DNA of 56,572 bases, the filler included, from Sphacelaria rigidula (Eukaryota): assembly GCA_964200075.2 (NCBI GenBank). It is 5 parts of 5 records of this genome, joined end to end, with 100 filler letters (N's around TTAATTAATTAA, not from the genome) between each part and the next. Parts side by side here need not be neighbours in the genome. Positions count along the whole stretch, not along the records: positions 11,337 to 22,572 come from CAXNAA020005191.1; positions 22,673 to 33,907 come from CAXNAA020005192.1; 3 more parts are not named here. One strand, 5' to 3'. The notes beneath the pieces are model-generated. The model saw only the letters and a program-made list of their open reading frames with translations, was not told where the DNA came from and did no database searches. This document shows positions 12,058 to 24,946 of this stretch, one piece after another (position 1 is the stretch's first letter; each line of letters begins with the position of its first letter). A program made the position numbers and the translations under genes.

Positions 12058-15000
12058 TCACTCCAGTTTGTACTGATGACGTCGTGACTTCCCATCCGTT
12101 TGAACTGCGGTCACGTTGGCTTCAAGCTTTTGTTTTGTCCTCCAAAGTCTTTTGCCCTCTGACGAGCGCGGTCCCGTGAATTTCTGAGTGACTACTGTAC
12201 CTGTGCCGAAGAACTTCGGCCATACTGGGCAACGAGCAATATTCCCCGAAGATGAAGGTACCGGATCAAAGTCCTTGAACGCGGGTGAAGGGTTGGTCGA
12301 CAGAAGGACAACGTTCGAGCGCGCAGTTTCAACCACGCCATTTCGTAGTGCATAATGCTTGCAGTCCTCCCCTACTGCTACCGGTGTCTTGTACCCACTA
12401 AGACTCTGCCCCAGGCCTGCTTTACAACTGAGAGGGACCGCCCGCAACTTATCAGAGGTGGATACCACATCCGGCACGACGTACTCTACCCACTCCGTCT
12501 CCGGTACTCGCTCAAGATCGACCACCCACAAAATCGTATCGCCATCGGCGAACATGCCGTCGTGTGCGTTTTCAGATGGCGACCACGGACTTCGGGCTAC
12601 CAACACTGGCGCTATATCCAGACCGCGGTGTCCAGCAGGGTCCACGCGGATTAGAGCCGTGGACCCGTATGGTAAGCCGTCTGAAAGGCGTGCGAATAGG
12701 TCTTGGAGGTCGTACTCTTTGGCATTGATAAGCTCGTCTGAGTCTTCCTTGACCTCCTTCCGACAGTACTCAGATGGACCCGGCATGATGCCTTGAGGGA
12801 TGAGAGGGCAATTCTCCGGCTCCCTCTTGATACATACTTCGCAGCTGCGGTAAGGGGTTAGGGAAGACGGAGGGCGAGGAACGCTACTGTTAGACAAGTG
12901 TTTGGCGAGGCCGTCGTCAAAAGCATTGCGTGTACTGTACGTATGCATGTGTTCGCTTCAACAGGATTTTCCTAGTATTCAAACTCAGAGGGACTCACAA
13001 GCAAGACAGCTGATACACGGCAATGATGCCAGTCGTGCCCGTCGCCGCTGCCTTGCTAATAGCTTGGCATTATGGAACTTCCATTTGCTTTGCTGTCGAA
13101 CGGGCCGCCTGGTGCACGGCAGGTGTGATGTCGTCGACGCCGAAAAACAGGAATTGTCTGCCGATAAGCGTGTTGGCATGCTTAGTGAGGAAGAACGTCC
13201 TCTGCTGTAGTGTGCTTCGTCCCTCGCCAATCCATATCTGCAGACGAACAGGAGAGGGGCATGGGAAATGCGGAAAAATACCCCTTATAGAATTGAACGC
13301 GCAGAGAGGGGAAAAACTTGACAATTCGATTTACTCTCACATTTCCACTGTTGTCGCGGCCCGGGGGCGCGAGGCTTCGAGAATTGATAAGATCGACACG
13401 GCACCTGCGTTAGTCCACTTTTTCACCTCCTCAATTGAGGAGGTGCGTGTTACGCGCTGTCATCATGTGCGCTTCACACCCGTAGAAGGGTGATGCTGTG
13501 GTAACGCCCTCCGCCGATGGAGTATAATGGGTACCGGGGCGAAGTCAGCACGCGAGGTGTCTATAGGCCGTCCCTGGTGCTAAATATATAACTGTTTAGA
13601 TACATCTGCTCTTCCTGCATCACCTCCTCCGACTGCATCCTTCCAGGAATACTTCGACTTGTGGCTTCCGAAATCGGCCACGCGCCGGTATTATTGACAA
13701 TGAATCCTAGGATATCGTTCCTGAAAGCAGCCGTCATATCCATGTGCTCTAAGGCCATTGTCGTTGTGCCTTTGTTTTGGCGTGGTAAGGGGGGCAGAGG
13801 GAGGATGGGGGGAAAGCTACAGCATCCTTACTGGATGCGGGGAGACGATCATCATCATATATACTACGCACGCGCCGGGTGTATCGACTTACCTTCGTCA
13901 CGCACAATTGGTCCGCTCCAGCAGGCTTCCCGCCCATCGTCGCGAAGACGGTGGTGCGCTCGTGAGTGGTAGCTTCCCGGATAATGAATCCTAGACCCTT
14001 CTCCAGCTTCTCGCACATATCCTTAGAGCTAGCAACCACGGTCCACTGCTGATTGTTCACCATGGTACGCACGTATGTCTTCGTAACTGCACCTTCGCTG
14101 TCGGAGGAATTTTTGCCGTAGCTTGGGCCGAAGTAATGGTGCTCCATGTGAAGATGTTTCCCGTTTGGCGCTCCGCGGCTGTCAAGGGCGAGGATCATGG
14201 CGCCTGCCACCCAGCCGAAGTGGAATCGGCACTTAAATTGTTTTCCGCATTGTCGAAGATAATCACACAGTTCATCTGAGGCGCCCCTAGCTTCCGTATA
14301 GTATAGCCGGAATATCGTCGCTCAGCAGCCTCGTCAACACATGCTGGACCCATGCGTTATCTTGAGCCATGTCGTCGCTTAATATCACGAACGAGTATGC
14401 CCAGACGCGCCCGTTGACTCTGAACAACATATAGCAGAGGAAGATGGTAGTGGCGTCGTGGTTCCAGTGTTGACTCTGAACCTGGTCTTGCTCTTTGACC
14501 CTCAGCCGTTCCTGCAAGTCTACAACCAAGACAACTTCCCCATCTTCCATCGTGAGCCTTTTCTCGTTGAACGCTGTACGTTGCATTTTGTGTTGTCTTC
14601 TGTGGCTGGTATACCTAGAAAATATGTCCGAAAATTCGAGCATGAAGTCGTCTACCCCGTTCCTTTCTTCTCTGCGATTGCCTGCAGAGCAGCACCGGAG
14701 ACAGGACGAAAGAGGGGATTCACGAGGAAAGGTGGGATACATCCCTGTGTTGCGCGTTCCAGAACCGTGTGCGTGTTTCGTCTTTCTTGCGTCATATCGT
14801 GGATGAGGTGCATGTGGCAGCGGACGTGAGATGTCGGCCCCAAAGTGTTGGGTGGATCCTCGTCTAAGGAGCCTCCGATACCGAACAATCAAGTCTCATA
14901 CATGCCTATTCAATAACTCATTGTAATACTCCATTTTGCTTTATGCTGGAAAACGTCCCCGAAGGTGATAAAAGAGTCGTATATTTCGACCTATATTTTT

Positions 15001-17689
15001 TGTAATCCATATGCTCTTACGTTTATATCTACGAACGTCAGGACGTTCCAGTTTTTGGTGTGCCGTCACATATATCTCAATGTATTTTTCTCGATGAGAT
15101 ATAGAGCTCCTATAGAAATGTAGTAGTCATAAAATTTCCTTGTGCACCCCTACCACCACGGTACCGTAGCATCACCCTAGTATGTACACAATTTATGAGC
15201 ATTGTTTTCTTCTCGTACCTGTCGGTTCTTCGAGTTCGATCCACGTCGTGTGGGTCGTACTCGGCGTCGGCGCCTTCACGTCCTCGCTGTCGACGATTCG
15301 TAGTTCTCGCCGCCGTCGTCGGCAGTCCCCTCTCGTCCACGTCGGTGTACATGTTCCACCGAATCTCCCCGGGCGGCGACCCTGCGCTGGGATTAGCCGC
15401 TGATGATTGAGGATAAAGCAGCCTCTGCGCCCCGCCTTTGTGTTTTGGACACCCGAAGAACACGGTTTGTTTGTGTTGGCATTCGACGCAATGGCCGGTT
15501 ATGCATATACCTGTGTGCTTCAACGCGCGTTCCGTCCCGCGACGTGTATAAGCTCTCCTTCTCGCACATGTGCTTGTGTCGCTGAAGTTGCCCATGCTGT
15601 AGATCTCTTTTCGCGACTCGTATGGGAGGTAGTCTGCACAAGCTCCATTTCCGCACAGGTCGCAGTCGCACGTGCACGCGGAACCAGGAGTCAGGCCTTG
15701 GTGCAGCGTTGGCCACAAATCATGTAAGGCGAGGGTGATGAGTTTGGCCTTGTAGCAGGTTGCGCATAGGCAAGATCGATTCGACTGCACGATAACGTAA
15801 AAAAGTATAATTTCCTCGAAATACCGCCGGCTGATTTTCCACACTTCGACGTCTCCGGCGGCATGCTGAGCGAGCACGGTGACATGAAGGCGCAGGATGG
15901 GACGGATCATTGCGGATATTCGTTAGTTTTGTGAGCTCTGCGGGGTCGATAGTGGGCTTGGTGTCTTGAATTGGGGGGATAAATACCATTTGAATATCAG
16001 GAAGCGATTCGTCAGATATACGGTAGGGGCGGTACATTTGTGCCCGGATATTCGTCGTTCCAGGGTCGCTAAAGTTGAGAGAGTCACGCGAGGACATCGG
16101 CAAGGAGATTATTGTTTGTCGTATGTACACATGTTTTTGCGTGATATTACCATATATCATCGTGATCCTGCGACGGCAGGGGTGATATGTATATATGGGC
16201 CCAAATGGTTTTTCTTCAGTGGCGCCTACAGTTCAGAGATACCCGTAAAAATATTGGTCTGGATAGTCCCGGTTTCGTATTATTGCGGGAGGTCCCCTAC
16301 CCCATTGAAACGATCGTGGTGCAGTGTAGTAATATATTTTCTGTAGTCGAGGTCTTGGAGATATCCGAGGCTCTTCAATTAGCGAACCTCTTCATGAATT
16401 TCGGCACGCCTGTAGTGTGTGCACTTCCGAGGGGAACATCCGCGAGCTGTATCTACGGCAGATTCGAACTCACTGCGTCAGCCATTTCTCCCATGGTTGT
16501 GTCGTCGAGTTGTGTCTTCGTGCCCATCACGTATTGAATAGGCATACAAGAGCAAATGTCGGGATTTACGCATATCAACGAGCCGTCCTCCTCCGGGCGC
16601 GTGTGGTTGCCCGGTCCGTAGTCGTGATGCCATTTCACCTCAGATGGGGATGGCTGAGTGTGAAACATTATCCGTTCGAGAATCCAGTCCAACGCCTTGG
16701 GACACATACTCTCAAGTCGGTCTGCTCGCAGTTTGCTCTCGGATACACTGCGATGGTTAGACGACGAAATACGTACGAACCAGTGTTGGGGGGGGGGAGG
16801 GGGGGTGGGCGTGAGATCGTCACGCGAAGCTGGGACAAAACTCAGCAAAAAGTCGCCTTGCATCGAAGGAGGAAATGCCACGGTGCGCTCCACGACATTT
16901 GTAAGAGAAGGCTTCCACCTGAAGTGTTGATCGTCGAACTATCGAACCATCGCGGTCTCCACTCACATGTCCCGTATGTCTCCGCTTTCCATGGCTTCCT
17001 CTCGCCGCACCTGAGCGGCATCGGACGCTTCTCGGCTGAGGTCTTCTCGTGCAAATTCCTTCACATCTGCCGCGTACGTCGTGTCGGAACCGCAGACAGA
17101 TCCCAAAAGAGCCCGACGAAGTTGCCAGCCGTCGTTGGTGGCGATGACCTGCGGCGATGATAGCTCGGCCCAAAGCGCACGAAAGCTATCGCCGATTGCC
17201 CATCCTCCGTTTCTCTTCTCCTCATTTTTTATCAGTTTATCGTCTACGAGGGCTCGCAACCGTGGGTGGCTTCGCAGGAAAGACCGTGCCATCTCACTAG
17301 TGTCAACAAGGTCCGTCTTTGTTTTTTTCGCCCACTCCTTCTCGTGAGTGAGTGTTCACCTGGTGGAGAAAGACCTCCACTGCCCTGCGAATGTCAGCCT
17401 TGAATCTCCAACGCCACGACGAGCTCATTATCTTTGTTTCATGTTGCCCCACCCCCCTGGATGCAACGGCAGATGATGCATGGAGAGGGAAGTCTCTCAG
17501 TTCACCCACACGGTGACACCCCCCCGGCGCAACATGTCGTTTGGCAGGCCACGCGTGATTCCTGGGGTGAGCATCCACCAGGCTCGTAACGACTTTTGAG
17601 ACGGAGAGCATATACGAGTGTGCCAATCGTTATTCCGTCCACACACGTTTTAGTGCGAGCTCCTCATTTGAGGAAATGTCCTGGTCCAT
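12058..17689 (-). pseudogene. Multi-exon Sola2-like transposase, decayed (frameshifts and stops)
   Basis: Ordered motifs on the minus strand: RADRL...HTQPSP (16.7 kb); FYVIVQSNRSCLCATC (15.8 kb); VLVVDLQERLRVKEQDQVQSQHWNHDATTIF...SFVILSDDMAQD (14.4-14.5 kb); DN(C)GKQFKCRFHFGW with a 1-nt deletion (~14250); HHYFGPSYGKNSSDSEGAVTK (14.1 kb); YQLSCF|CEVC spliced across 12999/12844. These match the DFxEN..Q.E.QS.HW / SDxxxxQxK / HGK...DG.G / SCxCxxC pattern. Candidate ATG at 17689. Confidence 0.8.
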
Positions 17690-17734
17690 GGTCGCCGATA
17701 TGGCAACATGTCTGAAAGTTGCAAACGTGACAGG

Positions 17735-18077
17735 ATGGCGTTCCTATCCACCGATGAGCTCGTGCACGCTTGTCTTGATTGATCAAATAATACGACTACT
17801 CTCTTGGTCGGTGTACGAAGGAAAATAGTATCGCATATTGACGAGGACGGTGAACTTCAGGCGGCGGACTTCATGTCGTCTCGTGTCTTCTCTGTGGGCG
17901 AGGAGGTTGGATTTTTTATGTGCCCATTGTGGGATATCTCCTCAGATAAGGAGCCTCTTCCTCGTGTAGCAGATTTATCACGGTTAGCGGGGTGTAATTT
18001 GGTCGGTACGACCCGGGTCAGGCACCTGACGCATATGCAGTGGATATGCGTTGAGCCCTGTGAGTGATACAACAATC

Positions 18078-18108
<31 letters not shown>

Positions 18109-18119
18109 GTGTGGGGGCA

Positions 18120-18180
<61 letters not shown>

Positions 18181-18643
18181 CTGCATAGCGAACAAGGTAC
18201 CGTGAGCGCGCGAGATGCCGACTTGGCACACTCATCGCAGTGTGCTCGCGCGCCGCGGGTGCACGTTCTCTGACGATCGGTGTGAAAAACGATGTTTCGC
18301 TGGTTGTTACCGTCGGTGGATTGCGTTCCAGCACGACTATTTACCGTTGTCGATGGTGCGTGGGATAGTGACAAATCTTCGATCCGTGTGTGTGGATCTA
18401 GACCATCGTACCGTTAGTTTGTCATCCGAACTACGGCTATGTGGGGGATGTAACTGTCGTATTAATGTTTCTGAAACGTTTCTCGACTTTTTGGAGGTAG
18501 ACCTACGGTTTCGTTGGTTCGCAATTCGGTCGTTACGTTTAACTACGATTCTGCAAAGCACTATACCACAGCATGAAGTGCGGACACTCACGGGCGGTTT
18601 GATGCCCTTCGACGCATATTACGTCGAATTTCCGTATATGCGG
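17735..18643 (+). pseudogene. Unknown spliced ORF divergent from the Sola2-like transposase
   Basis: ATG at 17735 is in frame with ORF 17804..18067 (one TGA at 17780-17782); GTGAGT donor at 18060. Second candidate exon 18332-18643 has a TTCCAG acceptor, GTGAG donor and an open frame. The exon phases do not match cleanly and no family was recognised. Confidence 0.35.
18079..18180. repeat. (GT)n followed by long poly-G tracts
   Basis: Seen directly; 60-nt G run at 18121-18180. Confidence 0.95.
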
Positions 18644-20194
18644 GTGAGAGGCTGAACATGTGCGCGTGTCCAAATCCAGAGCTGATTGGTATTCATGAGC
18701 CTACTGTCCTCACGCAGAAACACCGCGACTACAGTTTCGACGCCGCCTTTCACGGCAGACGGAGCAATGGAACTTTCGAGCAGATGCGCAATACATAAAT
18801 AATACCATTCATCATTCATTCTCGGAAGAAGTGAAATATTGTCCTGTGGTTATTGCCGTGCCCGCCCTGTAGTCTGTGTACAAATCTGTGCTCACCTTGT
18901 CTTTAGCGTGTTCGTGTCGCGGGCGCCCAAGACCATGGTCGGATCTGATTAGAGCGAAGGGCCGGAGAAGCAACATTCCCCCTCTCCTGTGCCAGCCACC
19001 GCCCTGCCGGATGAATTTTCGGCATCACTCTCGGCCGTTTCCATTATATCGGGGAAATGAACATGATATTCACATGTCGGTCGCCTCTGGTGTGATGACG
19101 GTCCCGCCGTCCCGGTTTAGTGGGTGCGGCGGTTGGCAGAACGGTCAGATGAATCACTGGTATGATGTTCTAGCATATACCTACTATTCTAGCACGGGTT
19201 ACGTGTGCATGTGACCCGTCATTATTTTTCGAAATAGAGACTTTTTGAATATCAGGGTTAGCATCATATGTGGAAGCCTACTTACGTTTGCCGACTATAA
19301 ATTCGCGACATGGTATGCCAGCGAAGCTCCGTGAAGGGCACAGATTCAGGCCCGCTGAACTTTCGACATACAGCACGAAATGGTTGGTGTCTGAGATTTA
19401 CGGGTCGACATCGGGGGGGATTAGAGCAGCCCAGATATAACAACTAACACTACAGGAAACGATGCGAGCAAAATGACTGCATTGAATGGTCGTGTCGGTG
19501 CTCCACTCAAGAACAGGGCCGATCGTTGTCTCCCAGTACGTTGGTTTCCTGTGTAAATATGTTTTTGAGACAATATCGGGCTAGTCGCCGAGGCGTTTCA
19601 GGGCTGCCAACCATGAAGGACAATATGGACGCGTGAATAATCGGAACACTTTCTGTTGGTTCGTGCAGATGTGACAAACAATCGATCGATGTTGACATCC
19701 TTTCATGTCTGTCGGTTCCGAGCTAGAGCTGCCGATTGGCCACATCGGTGGCTTGAGTTCGGTTGTGTATTTTCCCGCGGGTCCCAGACACAATAATGGT
19801 CGGTGTGGGAGGCAACGATCGCGGTCTCATGCGACGAGGGGTTTTACGTTGATTGTTTGTCTAGTGCGGGTGAGCGATTGTTCGTGACGACATCGCCCCT
19901 CCGATGAAGCGGACGTTCAGTGGCGGTAGGCCCCGTGATAGGAAGGGATTCGAGCAGCCGAAAAACTCGCAAAGTCCACGATGTATCGTAGAGTGTTGAC
20001 CCTGATAGATTCCAAGCCAGGAACGAGACCTGATACAAGCGGAATGATCACGGCCGTCACAATGACCACGTGGTTTCTCACGGGTGAACCACCTGTGGAC
20101 TACTTTGCTGTCCACAGACAGTGAGGTATCATTTTCGTCGCGGCAGATATATCTTTGATCACCGTCCGTGCCCGCATCAGAGGCCCACTGCACA

Positions 20195-20199
20195 GTTGC

Positions 20200-20250
<51 letters not shown>

Positions 20251-20280
20251 CTTCACATAAAAAACCGTTGCGATATCTGC
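20195..20280 (-). mobile_element. 3' tail of a non-LTR retroelement ending in (CAA)n
   Basis: Minus strand reads gcagatatcgcaacggttttttatgtgaaga(caa)n; the same motif occurs at ~24892-24946 and 41473-41524. Confidence 0.65.
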
Positions 20281-22572
20281 GTGCGGTACATTCTTACTGG
20301 GCATGTTATGCGGACGCCTACCGTGGGACAGGCTAGCTACATATAATAAGGTATGCTGATAGAGTATTGCGCAGATATCTGAACGTGATTTTTAACCCCG
20401 TTGAAACCCATTGTAGCTGTGACGTTTAGGGTTTTGAGCCCGTCCTTTCTTGTTATACAAAGCGCGTAAGGGTCTGGGTCAGCGACGAGCGAGACGTATT
20501 GAGTCCCATTTATAGCATCTTGTCTTGATCTTCACAACGTGTATCGGGGTGCGGCGGACAGGCGGGGAATTTCGGAGCTTCCGGGCAGACCGATCGAGCC
20601 AACAAAGTTCACCAGATCCGTAAAAACGGTTGAAAATATATGGTACTCGCTTTTAGTCTTGGCCACTGCGCTGGATCTCGCCAACCTACAGGCGCAGTGG
20701 TGAAGATGGAATCGCCAGCAGGTATCTCCAACGGGAGAAAATTTGAAAAATTCAATCGAAACATAATTTGGATTGCAAGCTATGGCCGGCGCGGGAAGCT
20801 TGGGAAGGTCAGATGGCTGGCGAAATCAGTGTCCGCGCGACGAGGTCACTCGGTTGGTTCCGAACCAAAAAAAAATTGAACTCCGGCGGCCATTCTTGGT
20901 GTACTGTTGGCAACTGCGGGTTTATGTGCTTGCACACAATACTCCGCACCACCGCAGGCTCCCAGTATTCGCTGGTGCGGCTCCGTCCATGTGATGACAG
21001 ACACAAAGTGGAGCGTCACATTGCTGGCTGTGCAGCATGAGCGGGTCATTGTTGACGACTTATTACAGATATCCAGTATTCGCAGTTCACAACGGATGCG
21101 TATTTCACCCTCCAGCATCAACCCCCACCTACTCGACGGTTCAGCTTATTAGTTCGAAAGGATTCGCGTCCCAAGTTGTCATATGTGTTGGAAATTATTT
21201 GGGGACACGCACTATGACGATATTATTCCGCTTGGTACGCCCTGTGTGTACTGACAAACGACTGTCTGTAGCGGCACTGTAGTGTGGCGGTACCGTACTG
21301 TACTGTTCTGTACCAATCGGCCATAAGCTTTGCCGTTCGGGCAAGTACTCATTCCTGGTTTTGTAACCGCCAAATCCAAACAAAACGTCCTGCTGACTGT
21401 ACGATACTGTATCGCATGCTAGGATACAGCATTATACCGTGATCTTCCTTTAGGTCGGTAGTGATGTAAATACCGTGGAAATGCCTCATTCTTCCCTTAT
21501 CTAAGCCAGTACGCGCAATGGGTCGATGAATTCATCATCCACGGGCCGCCCGTGCATCAGCGCCACAACAGTGAGGCGATTTCGGTGCCCCCGAATTTGG
21601 CGGACGGCCACGGGTCTGAACAGTGGGGCTGCTGTGATGTCAATATGTGCTTGTGTACGGCTGATGTGCTGTAGTAATACCGTATTGTATGTACATCACT
21701 AGTCAGCATTCGACAGCGCGGGCTAATTCCTCAGAATGCGTGACCTTCGACGGAAGAGTACGACTGCAAACGCAGGGATGCTGCCTTGAGACGACTTTAC
21801 ATTTGCATGTCGTTGCACATTCTTAACACCCTGACCTTTACCAGGGTGGTATCCCACGCCTCAAATTATGAAAGGCCTGAGTGGCGTTTTCGGACAGCAC
21901 TGGCTTCACCGTCGCGATGAGAAACCTGGTGCGTTTGCAAGACATCTAGTGCACGTGCGAGGCATGTTATACGTGTGCAGGAGATATCGAGCAATACAAC
22001 ATGGGCGGAGCCGCATTAGCGAATACAGGGACCCTGCCGCGGCCCGGTGTGCTGCACTATCGGAGCAGCCGTTATCGTTCATCTTTGTTTTGGTTCGGAA
22101 CCAACACGGTGAACCCCACGCGGTGGTACCATCGTACCTGCACAATGATCGGCGCTTTGCCATGAGCAATCGATCACAAGATCCGAAAAGACGTTGAACC
22201 ATAACACAGTACTTGAATTATCATATGGTCCAACATTTCTGGCGACATATAGGGCCCACACCTTATCATTTGAAACAACCATTTTTTCGACCATCTGGTG
22301 AACAGGCCTTGTCTACGGTCCGGACCTCATTGTTCGTGTCAACCATTTCTCCTGACCATTTGGCAATTTGTTCAAGGCTCGAGAGTTATGGATTTTTTTA
22401 AAAGGCACAATCAAGACTTGAGAAAAATCAAAACCACAACTCCAGTATCCCAAAACAGAATTAACAAAAAAAAGCAAGACAAAAATAAATAAATACCGAC
22501 TGACTTTGCACAGAGGCGACCTTGTCGCGGTGGGTGCGCAAGCTATCGGGCTAACCCGTGACTTTCTGTTCT

Positions 22573-22672
22573 NNNNNNNNNNNNNNNNNNNNNNNNNNNN
22601 NNNNNNNNNNNNNNNNTTAATTAATTAANNNNNNNNNNNNNNNNNNNNNNNNNNNNNNNNNNNNNNNNNNNN
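22573..22672. other. Artificial contig linker N44-TTAATTAATTAA-N44
   Basis: Seen directly. Confidence 0.98.
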
Positions 22673-22880
22673 CCTTGGACCAGCGATCAACTTTTTTCCC
22701 CCTTTTGGGCCACCAGGCCGAAGAAATCGTGAAGTTGGTGATTTTGAGTCGTGATGATTTGTCCTAACTGTGCAACATTCCACCGCCAGCTACCGACGTC
22801 CGTTTTGAAAACTTGAGCACGCCCATCCTCCCTCCTCCCAACGCCGCCCTGTCAACCCTAACACGCCAAACGGCAACCAG

Positions 22881-23081
22881 ACGCGCGCCGAAACTACTGC
22901 TCTTGGTGACCCCGGGCTGCGGAATATGCAAGAGGGCGAAGTAATTCAGCTGGAGAGGCGAGGCTTCTTCCGAGCGGACAAGCCTTACCGCGGCGAGGGC
23001 AAGCCACTGGTGCTTTTCATGATTCCCGACGGAAAAACGAAGGCCATGTCCACGCTATCGAGCACCCTCAAGCACGTGTAG
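22881..23081 (+). CDS. GluRS: Last exon of cytosolic glutamyl-tRNA synthetase (anticodon-binding C-terminus)
   Basis: CAG acceptor at 22878-22880, then an open frame TRAETTALGDPGLRNMQEGEVIQLERRGFFRADKPYRGEGKPLVLFMIPDGKTKAMSTLSSTLKHV* containing the eukaryotic GluRS motifs GDP.LR, IQLERRGFFR.D and LF.IPDGK. TAG at 23079-23081. Missed by the ORF track. Confidence 0.93.
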   Translation, partial: TRAETTALGDPGLRNMQEGEVIQLERRGFFRADKPYRGEGKPLVLFMIPDGKTKAMSTLSSTLKHV

Positions 23082-24891
23082 GGTTGTTGGGGGCGGGTGT
23101 CGTGGGGGAGTGGCACGCGTGTTTTGCAGACCTTCGTTGGTCCTTCTACCCGCGCGTCTTGGAGATGAGGAGAAGGGGGGGTGGCTGCTCATGGTTCGCA
23201 GGCGATATTGTTTAGATTAAAGAACACGTAGTCCTCTAGGGAGACCGGTTCACTGTTCCTGTAATAGCGCTGTGGTTAAGTGTATTCGCTTTCATATGCT
23301 TGATCGAACGTGACTCAAGCAGTTTTCTCCCACTCCTCTGATCGTATCCTACCTTCAACCCTTCGAGCATGAACCTTCGCTCTTCCATGATACATTCGAG
23401 TTATACATTCGAGTCCCGCTACCGATGGGGACGGGGGTCAGGGGGGTGTACCTGGGTGTACTCATAGTCTTGTATGCCGTAGCCATATGTCCATTGACCT
23501 CGTATCCCTACAAAGCCGCGACGGAGCGCGCCGGGTTTTCGCCGGACCAGGCTCGCAATAATTAATCACCAAGCGCGAAGAGCCGTGATGTGTTCGGTGA
23601 GTCGCATGAAGGGGTGAGAGGGGTCGGGGGTTGGTCGGCACTTGCTACACAAGCAATAAACCAACATACCCAAGTGAAAGGGGAAACGCAAGAATTGATT
23701 CAGCGTGCAACGTACAAGACTATGACTTGAATCCTCGCTCGTTTCACGTCCGTCCTACTTGACCCTTATTCTAGGATGGGTATCGAGATAGTTTTTGCGT
23801 GATCTATGAACCACGCTGACTCCTGTTGGCCGTATGCGCGCCACTGAGACTGGTGTTTCTTGATGTACCGTGCAACGGTTGTCAACGAAATGTGGTGGAA
23901 CACGCCGTTGTGGAATTGTTGTGGAATCAATCGAAATATGGGGAGCATCGATGGGAGATCGCGAAAGGTCAACCTAAGCTAGTTCGGTGCGGGGTGTATC
24001 AACAGAGCGTAGGATCCTGAGCCATTCCTGCCGATGCCTTGTACTGAACCCTACTGGCTCTTACCAGGCTGGTTGACTGCACGCTCACGAAATTACGTGA
24101 GATCCACGTTCAAAACATGATCGTCACACCGTCGACCTTACGTATAGTCAAGCTGAAGGGGCGGAGGATATCAGGGACAAGGCCGAACAACATTGAGCGA
24201 AAAAACGTGAAGCACACACCGCTCGTTTGATCTCATGTGTACCTCCCTGCTTGAAAAAGATCAAGGATGAACCACCCCCATACCGGACGTCGTACTCGTA
24301 CGACAGTCTCATAATGATCACTTGAATAATGACAACAGAAAACGCGTAGCACCGATGGACACGACGCCTTCGCATCCCTGATCCCCGGATGACAACAGTG
24401 TCGCAGACCGTCGTGCCGCATCTACAACTACCTGGATTCAAAATCGGCGAGAGACGTGGGACCTGAGGTGGTGAGTGTGAAAACTCGATAAGCGTGGATT
24501 TTGGATACCAGAAGATGCGCATCTTTCTGCAGTGCGAATTACTCTGGTTGAGGATCAGGAGATGGTAGTATTCATTCACTCTGTCCGATGAGCGGTGCCA
24601 AGGGAAAAGGCTTGTGGGAGCCTCCAGTCATCACGATCAGCAATGCGTGTTGTGTTGTTATCCCATCCATTCTGGATGCCAGTCTACACCTTTCGGTATA
24701 TAATGTGGGCGCGTCAGCCGGGATCACACAGCAGGAAGACCAGCATAAGTTCTTCTTTCTTCGTCTGTTTTCGTACTCCACCTTCCTTCTGGGGTGCTTG
24801 CCTTGTTTTTGTCGCGAGACGGGCTCCGCGATTTTTGTGTACGAGTACCCACGACATGGTCGCTCTCCCCACTACTGTACCGTTGCGCACG

Positions 24892-24946
24892 GTTGTTGTT
24901 GTTGTTGTTGTTGTCTTCACATTAAACACGGTGTGAGAAAATATCC
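24892..24946 (-). mobile_element. 3' tail of a non-LTR retroelement ending in (CAA)n, second copy
   Basis: (gtt)n-gtcttcacattaaacacgg, same junction motif as 20195-20280. Confidence 0.6.

Noticed and set aside
17857-18374. Poly-Pro and poly-Gly ORFs
   Set aside because: Products of the poly-G tract.
1-22572. Sola1-like and Sola2-like genes forming one composite element
   Set aside because: They are on different contigs separated by an artificial linker.
23766-24579. Minus-strand coding-like fragments downstream of GluRS
   Set aside because: Multiple stops and no recognisable family; cannot support a call.
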